Shown here piece by piece: positions 28,161 through 40,205 of a stretch of 64,000 nucleotides of DNA. The notes beneath the pieces were generated by a model. It saw nothing but the letters and a program-made list of their open reading frames with translations, did no database searches and had not been told where the DNA came from. A program made the translations under genes and the position numbers. Position 1 is the first letter of the stretch. Each line of letters starts with the position of its first letter. Location: assembly GCF_006345805.1 (NCBI RefSeq), contig NC_043005.1:87172001-87236000 (forward strand). Reading direction: 5' to 3'. This DNA is from Octopus sinensis (Eukaryota).

Positions 28161-29259
28161 ATATGAGGATGAAACTTTTTTTGAAAGATGTTTTATCAGT
28201 GGCCAGCGTATAAAGTGAAACCGGTTAAAGTGAAAAGAATCAATTCAAAAAACATTCTTCATTTACATTTTGCTTCAAGATTAATTCGCTTGTTACCGAC
28301 CTAGACATCGTTGTGTAGGAACGCGGATCACCTTGAGAGAAACATCGCCTTAGACAGAAGAACCATAAGTCACTGTTGTAGAAAGAGAGAATAAACGATC
28401 TATCAATTTGTATTTGAAGTGCTTTGGATGATGAAATAATATTTGTCGACCAAGTAAAATGTTTTTTTTCTCTGTTTTCGTTTCTGTCTCAGTTTACTGT
28501 TTCGTTTACTTTGAAATTTCCTTTCAAACAGATATTTCCTGCAGGACGGTCAAGATTTAATCCGTCTGATTCCGTCTGCGTATTTGAATTCGTTCTTTGT
28601 CGAGAAGAATTGGTAAACTCACGTAACATACCCTATGGAAATATAAAAATAAAGTATCTATTTTATTGCCTGTAGTTCAAACCATCTATGTTATGTGTCT
28701 AATAGCTACCCAAAATTCTTTTCGCTCTCTGATTTTATAACACAAATGCTCGAGATAATATAATGAAAATACTCAAATTAGTTCCGACATCTTGTACACA
28801 GAGATTATCATATAATAATGTTTGTGGGGAACATCGATTATCAAGATTGAAAATCTTGTCGATAGGGAAAACATGGGAAACATCTCAGATGTGGACACTT
28901 TCCTGTACAAGTTTTGCCTTGGAGGCTCCGACGTCAAAATGTTCCGCAGGGTCATTAACTGGAATCGGTGCAGAGTCAATGAGCGAAGATCTTTCCAAGA
29001 AATAGACAAAAGTAAAATATGTTCAAATATCCGCCTATTGATCTACCGTGTTATCTAGCTAACAGAAACACCGCCTACTGTAAGCCTAGAAAGAACTGTA
29101 TTTCAGAAAAAGGAAGACGACATTGGAACGTCTGAAACGCGTTTTTGTGTTTTTAGTCTGTTTAGTTAGTGCCGACCCGAGAGAAAACGCCAAATCACAA
29201 CTTTATGCGGATTCGAGAAACCCCACACCTCTTTCACAATCTTTCTGGTGTCAGATATT

Positions 29260-29930
29260 TATTTCTTTATTGCCCACAAGGTGCTAAACATGGAGGGGAC
29301 AAACAAGGACGGACAAAGGGTTTAAGTCAATTATATCGACCCCATTATATCGACAAAGGCGGCGAGCTGGCAGAAACGTTAGCACGCCGGGCGAAATGCG
29401 TAGCGGTATTTCGTCTGTAGTTACGTTGTGAGTTCAAATTCCGCCGTGGTCAACTTTGCCTTTCATCCTTTCGGGGTCGATAAATAAAGTACCAGTTGCG
29501 CACTGGGGTCGAAGTAATCGACTTAATCCGTTTGTCTGTCCTTGTTTGTTCCCTCTATGTTTAGCCCCTTGTGGGCAATAAAGAAATATATATCGAGCCC
29601 ATTGCGTAACTGGAACTTAATCTATCTACCCCGAAAGAATGAAAGGCAAAGTCGACCTCGACGGAGCTTGAACTCAGAACGTAACTGTAGACGAAGTACC
29701 TATTTCTTTACTACCCACAAGGGGCTAAACACAGAGGGGACAAACAAGGACAGACAAACGGATTAAGTCGATTATATCGACCGCAGTGCGTAACTGGTAC
29801 TTATTTAATCGACCCCGAAAGGATGAAAGGCAAAGTCGACCTCGGCGGAATTTGAATTCAGACGAAGCGGCAGACGAAATACTGCTAAGCATTTCGCCCG
29901 GCGTGCTAACGTTTCTGCCAGCTCGCCACC
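29260..29930 (-). mobile_element. Multimeric SINE family A split by an inverted family A copy
   Basis: Minus-strand units at 29260-29346 and 29589-29930. The head ends at 29930. Confidence 0.9.
29358..29588 (+). mobile_element. SINE family A, full copy nested in opposite orientation
   Basis: ggcggcgagctggcagaaacgttagc...gggcaataaagaaata. Flanked by tatatcga(c/g)cccatt. Confidence 0.92.
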
Positions 29931-30219
29931 TTGGAAGAAAATGTATGTTGTTATATGTGTGTGTGAGTGCTTGCTTGTGAGTATGTGTATGTATGTGTGT
30001 AATTGTGTGTGTGTAGCAGCGACATGGGTTGAATTTTTTTTTTATTCAACTTGAAAATTCAGGCTTCTTGTTAAAGTAATATTTTTAATGAAGAAAAATA
30101 TTTAAAGAGATGAAAAGTAGTTTTATGTTTTTGTCTGTAGATAAAAACAGAAGTGATATTTTTTCGATAATTTAAAAGAAAAAAACAGAACTGACGACAT
30201 TGATATCCAAAACCATCTG

Positions 30220-30775
30220 GTTGTGTGTGTGTGTATGTGTTGGCGTGTGTGAATGTGTGTGTGTGTGTCTTTGTTTGTGAGTGTTTACGTATGCATGTAT
30301 GTGTGCGTACGTGCCTGTATGTGTGTGTCTGCGCGTGTGCCTTTCTGTATAAGTATGTACATGTATACACATTTAGAGAGTGTGTGAGGGATATGTACGT
30401 ATGTGTATGTTTATATGTATGTATGTATGTATATATATAAATATGTGTGTATGTATGTATATATATATATATGTGTGTGTGTGTATGAGAGGGAGAAAGA
30501 GAGAGAAAAAAGAAACGATGCAAATAGATAGACAGATGGATAGATGAATAGATAAATAAATAGATAGATAGATAGATAAACAGATAGATAGAGAGAGATA
30601 GAGATAGAGAGATAGATAGATATATATACACATATAAATAACCGCACATTCACAGACAGACACAGGCACAGACCCAGATGCGCACACATATACATATAGA
30701 CACATAAACACACACCATATACATACATATATAAATACATACACACACACACATATATATATATGCATATATATA

Positions 30776-30825
<50 letters not shown>

Positions 30826-30945
30826 CAATACCATATATGTATAATAAACATATACAAACAATGTATATGTATAATATGATATAATATAATATATGTATAA
30901 TATACATATATAGTACACATGCCGTAAATATATATATATATAATA
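30220..30945. repeat. Compound TG/TA/AGAT/CA low-complexity region
   Basis: Direct inspection. Confidence 0.9.
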
Positions 30946-31604
30946 GAATATGACGAAATTTTTAGAGAGAGAAAACAGAACCTCACTTGCGCCGAAATTA
31001 AAAATATGAGACAGAGATAATAAAGCCGCCTAAAGCGGTCAAATGACAGTTATTTTAATCACGGTAAACAATCAACAGTTATAAACAAGATATTAGAAAG
31101 CTGCTGGCAATCTTAATTCCCGTTTTCCTCTTCTTTTGCCTCGGTTCGTGACTAAATGTTACTTTCATCGGCTGATTCACATCACGTTTGTTTGGCGTTC
31201 GGTTGTGTGTGTGTGTGTGTGCGCGTGTGTGTGTGTAGCCGTGTGATTGTATGTGTGTGTGTGTGTAGCCGTGTGATTGTATGTGTGTGTGTAGCCGTGT
31301 GTTTGTGTGTGGTGTGTTAAGATGACAAGAAAAAAAAAGATTCTGTGGGGTTTTTTCTAACCTCTTGTCACACCTTTAAAGTATTTCGTTGATGAAAGAC
31401 AGATATAGCCCTTTCTACACATACCCACACACATACACACACGCACACACATATATATTTATATACATATGTGTGTCCGCGCGTGTGTCTGATTGAGAGA
31501 GAGAGCGTATAAACATATTATGAATATTTTTATTAATTATTGGTTTATATTTATTTTTTTTAGTGTTATATCTGTTTGTATGATTTTTTTTTTGCATTAA
31601 TTTA

Positions 31605-31672
31605 TTATTATTATTATAAGTAGTAGTAGTAGTTGTTGTTGTAGTTGTAGTAGTAGTAGTAGTAGTAGTAGT

Positions 31673-31754
<82 letters not shown>

Positions 31755-31900
31755 CTATTATTACTATTAGTGTATCAATATATTTTCATCAACTTCGCAA
31801 TATAAAAATTAATATTAATAAGAAATTTGATGGTGGTGATGATGACGATGATGATGATGAAGAGGACGACGACGATGATGATGATGATGATGAAGATGGT
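31605..31900. repeat. (AGT)n/(GAT)n microsatellites
   Basis: Direct inspection. Confidence 0.92.
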
Positions 31901-32099
31901 AATAACACGTTGTTATTTCATATTTATGAAATCATCATTATTTATTAAATTATTTGAATTTATATGACAAAATCACCGCATGTGTTTTTTAAAAATAAAA
32001 TCTACCCTCTCCTTTCAGAGAGGAAATGAAACAACCTTTAATTCAAAATGGGAATTAGCTCCTAGTAAAATAATAATAATAAAAAATTTTAAAAATATT

Positions 32100-32382
32100 A
32101 ATAATAATAATAATAATGATAATAGTAATAATAATAATAATGAAATTATTGTATACAGTGCTCAGGTGCACCACAACTTGTAAAAAGTGCGTATAAAGTA
32201 TATAATAATGTAAAAATATCTGGAAAGCGAACAGTGTTTGAGTCAAATACATGACATGCTTGCGTGTGTATGGAGGGGAGAAAATCAGGTGTAGTGTTGG
32301 CGAATCTTAGGAAGCATGGGGTTTTGAAGGATGCAGTGCTCCGTCAACTAACAACTGATGCCGGCAGTTAGTTCCATACATA
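32100..32382 (-). mobile_element. CR1-type LINE 3' end with (ATT)n tail
   Basis: rc reads VWN*LPASVVS*RSTASFKT (CR1 C-terminal WNxLP..V....FK motif), then a 3' UTR and an ATT tail. Confidence 0.72.
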
Positions 32383-32540
32383 TAATTCTGCGTCCTCAAT
32401 CTCGCGCTTTCTCCTTCCATCTCTTCCTCTTTCTTCCTCTTTCCCTCTCTTCTACAGTACTTTATATATATTATATATTCTAGTTAAGCATACTCGCTAT
32501 CCTTAAACTCTAATATTGAGCAGAATATTTGCTGTAGCCC

Positions 32541-33020
32541 AGGCAGTGGCTCTCATGGCTTCTGATCTTAACTGATTGGAAGTGTTATCATGTACATTGT
32601 TTTGTCTTGGTATAAAAGATGGGCTACAGCAAATATTCTGCTCAATACCACAGATTTGCTTGTCAGTTGTTTGACCTTAACCAGTTGAGCATGTCCCTTA
32701 GTGGCTGACGATATGTGCATCTCTGATCACGAGCAGAAGTAGTGGGGGGGCATCATAGCCATGTGTTGAGAGGGATTCTTTGGGGTTTGAATAGTTCACC
32801 TCTGGAATATGGGTGGTTCTTTCTACATCCTTAACAACCTTATTCAGGGACCTTTTGAGCGGGATGGGCTACTCAACCTGAAAAAATTCTAACTGGACCC
32901 CACCTGCAAGGTCATGTGCTGTTTATCTTGATATGAAATCACCATGTCGCGCACATATGGTTGTGATGCATGTGCCTGGTGTACCCTTATCAGACGGGTA
33001 GTCATGATGGGTATATTGGG
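32541..33020 (+). mobile_element. Dong/R4-associated 3' UTR repeat, truncated
   Basis: Matches rc of 34660-35155 and 3320-3800 (ggcagtggctctcatgg..gggctacagcaaatattctgctcaata..gtcatgatgggtat). Confidence 0.8.
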
Positions 33021-33038
33021 CTTTATTATTATTATTAT

Positions 33039-33376
33039 CCCAGTGCATAACTGGTGCTTATTTATTTAATCGACCCTGAAAGGATGAAATGTAAAGTCGA
33101 TCGGAGCGGAATTTGAACTCAGAACGTAGTAACGGGCGAAATACCTATTTCTTTACTACCCACAAGGGGCTAAACACAGAGAGGACAAACATGGACAGAC
33201 GAACAGATTAAGTCGATTACATCAACCCCATTGCGTAACTGATACTTAATTTATCGACTCCCAAAGGATGAATGGCGAAGTCGACCTCGACGGAATTTGA
33301 ACTCAGAACGTAACGGCAGACGAAATACGGCTACGCATTTCGCCCGGCGTGCTAACGTTCCTGCCAGCTCGCAGCC
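33039..33376 (-). mobile_element. SINE family A, dimeric variant
   Basis: Same two-unit structure as 14678-15016. Confidence 0.92.
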
Positions 33377-33989
33377 TTTTTTTTCTGTTTGTGCTTCGTT
33401 ATAAGGATTTCAAAAATCTTGTCATATCAATACAATACTCATACCATCAAAGGGTTTGTTAACCCAATCGTGCATTCTCTGTTATTGAACACATAACATT
33501 GAATATTTGCATTATATCGGAACGAAAACTTACTTTAGCATATCTGGTCTATTTTGTGCATAATTGAGATGATTTTACGCAATGTCATATATTTTACATC
33601 GTTACTAACACTGCTTTGTCTATTTTATTTAGTTTCCTTTATGTTTATAATATTTATATCTCATGCTATATCTTTTTTATCTCATTCTCCTATATCAGAT
33701 TGTCTACCACTGAATCTCTTTATTTTCTTCAAATATATTCCTGCTTAATTTAATATTTATTTTATTTTATTCCATTTTTTACATTGTTGGCAATCAATTC
33801 AATTCTCAACAGTACTTCTTCCTGTTTTGTAATGTCTGCCTGCGTTGTGGGAAGATTAAATGTGACCATCTTTTATAATATTACAACTGATATGGAGACT
33901 GAAAATCAACAAAGTTTGAATATTATATAAGTATCATATATACATGTGCATATGTGCATATGTGTATGTTCTTGTATATACTTACTTAC

Positions 33990-34000
33990 ATACACACATA

Positions 34001-34050
<50 letters not shown>

Positions 34051-34175
34051 CTATAATATATATATGTGTAAAGGCATATGTATATATATATATTATATGT
34101 ATGTATGTGTGAGTGTGTGCGTCTGTATGTGTTTGAATGTGTGCATGTGTGTATGTGTGTGTATGTGTGCATGTG
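33990..34175. repeat. (TA)n/(TG)n microsatellite
   Basis: Direct inspection. Confidence 0.95.
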
Positions 34176-34476
34176 TGCACAGCTCCAGGTCTCCAGCTAG
34201 TTATCAAGCTATCTACGTCACGATAAACATACTTAACTGATATGAAATATATTGTTGAGACTAAGTTATAATGAAACTTGAACAATTTTCATATATAAAA
34301 TAAATTATGTAAGTTGTAATGGTAATATATGAAAAACGCTCATATATCGCAGAGCAAATATAATCAACGTGCGATAAAAACAAGCACACAACCACATACG
34401 CACTCGCACACATTAGCACTTGCATTCATATACAAATATATATATTTATATCTAAATGTCTGTGCATCTGTGTGGA

Positions 34477-34525
<49 letters not shown>

Positions 34526-34602
34526 GTTTAATAACATCTTTGGTATATACATCTGCTTCCTATTCACATATTTAGTCAGATTATATTCTATAAAACAATA
34601 TT

Positions 34603-35158
34603 ATTATTATTATGAGAGAGCAGTACATCCCATCACAGTGACACTGGGTTAAAATATACGAAGCCCAGTATACTCATCATGACAACCCGTATGTAAGGGT
34701 ACACCAGACACATGCAACACAACCATATGTGCGCGACAGGGTGATCTCATGTCAAGATAAACAGCGCATGAACTTGCAGGTGGGGCCCAGTTAGAATTTT
34801 CTTCTGGTCGAGTAGCAAATCCCGCTCAAAAGTTCCCTGAATAAGGGTTGTTTAAGGATGTTGAGCAAAACACCCATGTTCCAGAAGTGAATTATACAAA
34901 CCCCAAAGAATCCCTCACAACACATGGCTACGATGCTGCCCCACTACTTCTGCTCATGATCAGAGATGCACACATCGTCAGCCACCAAGCGACATGCTCA
35001 ACTGGTAAAGGCCGAACAACTGACAAGCAGATATGTAGTATTGAGCAGAATATTTGCTGTAGCCCATCTTTTTTATACCAAGACAAAACAATGTACATGA
35101 TAACACTTCTAATCAGTTAAGATGAGAAACCATGAGAGCCACTGCCTGGTACTGAATT
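34603..35158 (-). mobile_element. Dong/R4-associated 3' UTR repeat with (TAA)n tail
   Basis: rc ends gtatactgggcttcgtatattttaacccagtgtcactgtgatgggatgtactgctctctcataataataat and begins right after a TAA array. Confidence 0.82.
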
Positions 35159-35167
35159 ATTATTATG

Positions 35168-35207
<40 letters not shown>

Positions 35208-35226
35208 TATTATTATTATTATTATG

Positions 35227-35274
<48 letters not shown>

Positions 35275-35290
35275 GTTATTATTATTATGG

Positions 35291-35327
<37 letters not shown>

Positions 35328-35598
35328 TTATTATTTTTATTATTATTATTGATTATTTATTCTTATTATTATTACTACTACTAACTACTACTACTACTAC
35401 TCCACTACTATTACTACTACTACTACTCTACTTACTACTACTACTACTACTACTACTAACTATTATTATTATTATTATTATATTATTAATCGCATTATCA
35501 TTATCATTATCATTATTATTAATTATTATTATTATTATTATTGTTGTTTTTGTTGTGTGTTGTTGCTGTTATTATTATTATTATTTTATTATCATATC

Positions 35599-35633
<35 letters not shown>

Positions 35634-35793
35634 TATCATTATTATTATATCATTATCATTATTATTTATTATTATTATTATCATTATTATCATTATTATA
35701 TTATCATATTATCATTATTATTATTATTATTATTATGATTATTATTATTATTATTATCATTATTATTATTATCATTATTATTATTATTATTAC

Positions 35794-35835
<42 letters not shown>

Positions 35836-35838
35836 CAT
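35158..35838. repeat. Long (ATT)n/(ACT)n/(ATC)n compound microsatellite
   Basis: Direct inspection. Source of the poly-I/L/Y ORFs. Confidence 0.95.
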
Positions 35839-35985
35839 CATTCTATGTTTGACTTTTGCTTTATATTTGTACAAGTTGGCTCCAAGTCTCACCCAGAGAC
35901 CTCAAGAGACAACAGGGTTGGAAGTTCATGTGTTGTTGGTATGCCCCATATATTTGGGAGGTGGGGGTGTTGTACTAATGAATTT
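35838..35985 (-). mobile_element. Short LINE 3' end (probably Dong/R4) tailing into the TAA array
   Basis: Shares tgacttttgcttt.tatttgtaca..tcaccca..gagacaaca..gaagttcatg with 37591-37705. Confidence 0.7.
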
Positions 35986-35998
35986 CTAAAAAAAGTTG

Positions 35999-36003
<5 letters not shown>

Positions 36004-36037
<34 letters not shown>

Positions 36038-37480
36038 TTATTATGTTTTTTTTTTTTCCTTCTTTCTTCTTTCAAAATTTTCTTCTTTCCGTTTCTCGCC
36101 GAGTGTTTTCCATACACCTAGGGCAGAGGAGCTCATTGTATGCATTTCCAGATTACACACGCAAATTCACAGGTAAATATATATTTAAAAAGCTAATAAA
36201 TAAATAAATTCATGAATGGATGTTGTTTTCACAACTATAATTCTCTTCTCAATACATGCGCTGTTCTATTTAACACGATTTTTTGCTCTTCCTGTAGGGA
36301 TGGTAAGCCTGGAATCATTTTCAAATAGGTTTCAGTACCTTTTTTTATCATTCCTAGAGACCCTACAAATCACTGGTACTGTAGTCGGCTTGAGATGCCA
36401 CATTCTTCTCAATTTCTATTAACAAGTCTTTATATTTACTGATCTTGTCAAATTCTTTCGCTTCTATATTGTAATTTCAACGAATACTCATGTCAATTAA
36501 TAAATACATCTTTTTTGTCTGATCCTTTATAATAATATCTGGTTTATTAGCTTATATAGTTTTGTCGGTACGTACGGGGAAGCCCCATAGAATCGACAGG
36601 ATTTCGCTCTGTAATTGCCTACAATATTGCCTTTTCCGATGTTTTTCAGGCACAGCACTGTCCTACCCAACGTCAACTACTCTGTTGTATCTTGGTTGGC
36701 ATTTAACAAGGTGTTGAATTGCGCAGCTATTCGTGCATGACATTCACCAACTCACTTGATCCAGTAGCCTTGAACTCCATCTGGTCCCGGGGCCTTCCAG
36801 TTGCTCATTTTTTTGCTGATTTCCTTCACTTCCCTAACTGAAATGACTAGTTCTGTCTATTTTGGACAGCCTACTGTTTGTTTTAGTTCTTGCAACTATT
36901 CAGCATCCTTCTTGTGCTCCTTGTCTTTGCTCCAGATGTCACTCCAAAACCTTTGACTTTCAATGTTATCTGGAATCAACTTTTCATCTGTACACTCTCC
37001 ATTTATTTCTTTATAGAATCTCTTCTGATTTACTCTGAATAAACTATTCTGCTGGTAATTCTTCATTCTTTGCTCGTATCTTATCTTTGCTATCTTTGCA
37101 ACGAGGCGCTGTTTCAGTTCTTCCTCTACTATCTTCTGGCCCTTTCTTTCAATATTATACTTCCTTTTCCAGCGCCCTGTAATTTTGTTCTCTTTTCGGT
37201 CTAACACAGATTTCCTTCGAGAGCATATCTAACCCTGCCTGGAATATTCTTTTCTACCATGGATCTTTCCTTTTGTCACTCTCATTATATTTCTTTTTCT
37301 TGACATCTACACCCACATTTTCTGCTACAATACTTGCTGACTTCATCAAATTATTTGTTTCTATGATGTTGTTTGTTCTGATGTATTTCAGAATTTCATT
37401 GACATTTTTTGTTTCTTGGTTCAATTTACATCGATCACCTTTTTAAGGTTGCAAATGATGTCGATATCGTTCTCTTGTTT
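36004..37480 (-). mobile_element. Dong/R4 LINE, 5'-truncated with the RT domain deleted
   Basis: N-terminal region VNEILKYIRTNNI..KDPW, ORF 36896-37207 (LKQRLVAKIAK..YEQR..NQKRFYKE..FWSDIW), then WKAPGPDGVQGYWIK..GRTVL..NY joined to ILWGFPVRTDKTI.ANKPDIIIKD..LIDMS..KISKYKDL..GSLG..TAHVLR. TAA repeats on both sides. Confidence 0.9.
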
Positions 37481-37489
37481 ATTATTATT

Positions 37490-37588
<99 letters not shown>

Positions 37589-37590
37589 TA

Positions 37591-37705
37591 ATGCTTGACT
37601 TTTGCTTTGTATTTGTACATGTTGACTCACCCAGGCATTTCAGGAGACAACAAGTTAGAAGTTCATGTTGGTGTTATGCCTAGGGTGTCATATATTTGGA
37701 TTTCC
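37591..37705 (-). mobile_element. Short LINE 3' end (probably Dong/R4) with (AAT/GAT)n tail at 37480-37590
   Basis: Homologous to 35838-35985. Confidence 0.7.
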
Positions 37706-37898
37706 ACATAGTATTGTTCGAAGGAATATTTAAGAAAACATAGGAAAATTATGAAGTTGCTTTAAAATTTGTGATTTAAAATTTGAGTTTCATAATAATC
37801 ACATAATTGGATTAACAATATGTTAATCCAAATTTATATTGCTAGAATTAAATTCCATACATAGAATTGTTTGTAGATTTGATATACTTTAGATATTC

Positions 37899-38105
37899 GA
37901 TGCTGTGTCGGAATCGTTAGCGCATCGGATTAGCGAACTAGCGGCAATTTTTCCGGCTCATTGCGTTCTGAACTCAAAATCCTCGCAAGATCAACTTTGT
38001 CCTTCATTCCTCCGGCATCGATAAAATTGGTACCCGTCACGGATTGGGATATATCTAAATTTCTCCCCTCAAATTGCTGGCTTTTACCAAAATCAGAAAC
38101 AACAA
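37899..38105 (+). mobile_element. SINE family A, highly diverged
   Basis: gaatcgttagc..ttctgaactcaaa..tcaactttgtccttcatt..atcgataaaatt. Confidence 0.7.
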
Positions 38106-38393
38106 TTACAGTTTACGTATACTAGCTAACTTAGATTTTGTATTAAAACATGTTGGGCATATTTCTTAAATGCCATCAAAAACATTTCGTATTCGGCAAT
38201 GCAACATTTTCCCGGTTTCGAGAACGCTCCGATTTTTGAGACATGGCCCTGATTTTTTATTTAGAAATTTTGTTAGATACTCTATTTCTGCAAAACACAT
38301 CTCTGCATAATATTTGCCATAATGCTATGTCAGTGTGTAAACGATATATAGACCACATGAGCTTTATATAGTCTTCAAATTTTATTACTTGTT

Positions 38394-38565
38394 AAGTCGG
38401 TGAGCTAGCAGAAACGTTAGCACGACGGGCGAAATTCTTAGCCATATTTCGTCTGTCTTTACGCGCTGAGTTCAACTTCCTCCGAGATTGATTTGCAGTT
38501 TATCATTTCCTTTTATCCTTTCAGGGTCCATAAATTAAGTACCAGTTGCGTACTGGAGTCGAGCA
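38394..38565 (+). mobile_element. SINE family A
   Basis: ggtgagctagcagaaacgttagcacgacgggcgaaat..ctgagttcaa..taaattaagtaccagttgcgtactggagtcga. Confidence 0.85.
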
Positions 38566-38644
38566 GAATAGAATTTTCATTTACTTGTTACGCTTTAAAG
38601 TATAAACAGCAATGCTACCGTTTTTATATTAACTTATAACTTCA

Positions 38645-38850
38645 AGGTGGCCAGCTGGCAGAATCGTTAGCACGGCGGGAAAAAATATTTAGAGGTATTC
38701 TGTCTATCTTTAGGTTCTAAGTTCAAATTCCGCCGCGTTCGACCTTTTCTTTTATGGTTTCGGGGTCCCAAAATATGTATTAGTTGAGTAATGAGGTCGA
38801 TGTAATCGACATAACCATTTTTCCAAAATTTCTGATCTTGTGCCAAACAT
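38645..38850 (+). mobile_element. SINE family A, diverged
   Basis: ggtggccagctggcagaatcgttagcac..aagttcaaattccgccg..ggtcgatgtaatcgac. Confidence 0.85.
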
Positions 38851-38865
38851 TGAAACTGACAGTAT

Positions 38866-39070
38866 GAAGCGGCAAGTTGGTGAATTGTTAGCACGCCAGG
38901 CAAAATACTTAGCACTATTTCGTCCGTCATTAAACACAGAGAGAAATTTTTCGCAGAGATGTACTTTGCCTTTCATCCTTTCGGGATGGATAGATTAAGA
39001 ACCAGATGATCATAGGGTTGACATAATCGAATTGCTTCCCCCACCCTCTCATGAACCAAATTTGAAAACC
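38866..39070 (+). mobile_element. SINE family A, diverged
   Basis: gcggcaagttggtgaattgttagcacgcc..actttgcctttcatcctttcggg. Confidence 0.8.
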
Positions 39071-39528
39071 AATATTACATTGTAGAATATTGGGTTGATA
39101 AACTCTTTGGATGATGAAGGGTCGAGAGCTGACCAAAGACATTTTCCAACCAATGGTTCATTTTTACACAGTATCGTATAGTTTATTATTCATAGCTTTA
39201 TCTACTACAAGTTCCACCGATAAAAAATATTTACTTCTTATCTCTCGGAGTTTGTAATTTTTTATGATGTATCAATTATTTTTAAGCGCAGAATGCAAGA
39301 TTTGTGAGATTGCACTGAATATAGTTAGATGTGTGAAGGTTTTTAAAGGACAAAATTTAAATTCAAGAAATGGAGAGAATATAAAATATAGAAACAAAAA
39401 CGGATGATATATATATAGAATAGAATAAATTTCGATACAGGTTGCAAGATAATGAAGACTGGAAATTATTAGAAATAAAAGAAAACGCATGTATTTGCAT
39501 ATATATATATATATCTATATCTATATCA

Positions 39529-39571
<43 letters not shown>

Positions 39572-40009
39572 TATATATAATACTTTTGAAAATATGTGTA
39601 ATATTGAAATACTCCAGAAACAAGAAGAAGAGAAGAGACTACTTTCTTTTTTGGAGATTTTGTAAGAAAACGGAATTGAAATCTAGAAAACGTTTAAATG
39701 TTTAAATACTGGTAATAGAAACTGAAAAACAATGGGATCTCAATTTCCTGAAACGTTCTTAAAAAATATTATCATGTGTAGAAATATTTTTACAATAAAA
39801 TTCAACATATGTCATAGAAAATATGCAGGAAATAATAAAATTAGTTTGAAAGAATGTACAAAAAGGTAGTGACATTGAGTGAAGGGAGGGAAAAAATATT
39901 GCAGCGAATGGAATTTCTTGAAAAGACTTGTATACAAAAAAAGGGGAGAAATGGAAATTTTTGCTACTGAGAAATGACAGGAAAGAAACTAATACAAAAT
40001 TATACATGC

Positions 40010-40042
<33 letters not shown>

Positions 40043-40106
40043 CGTGTGTGTGTGTGAAGCATAGTGCTATCTATATATGTTCTATACACACACACACATA
40101 TATATA

Positions 40107-40153
<47 letters not shown>

Positions 40154-40205
40154 TATTATATATATATGTAAACATATATATATATATATTTCTTTACTAC
40201 CCACA

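Noticed and set aside
28545-28612. Possible 68 bp exon (tttcctgcag|GACGG..AATTG|gtaaac)
   Set aside because: Weak donor, unrecognised peptide and no compatible neighbouring exons identified. Similar signals at 14166-14217 and 57810 were rejected for the same reasons.
29110-29150. ggaagacgacattggaacgtctgaaacgcgt, a Penelope-like GAAACGCGT motif
   Set aside because: The core 5' half and helix I are not recoverable, and no Penelope ORF was recognised in 28640-29100.
31236-31300. Three spaced copies of tagccgtgtg, CRISPR-like at a glance
   Set aside because: The spacers are TG repeats, so this is a microsatellite-derived minisatellite in eukaryotic DNA. No cas genes are present.
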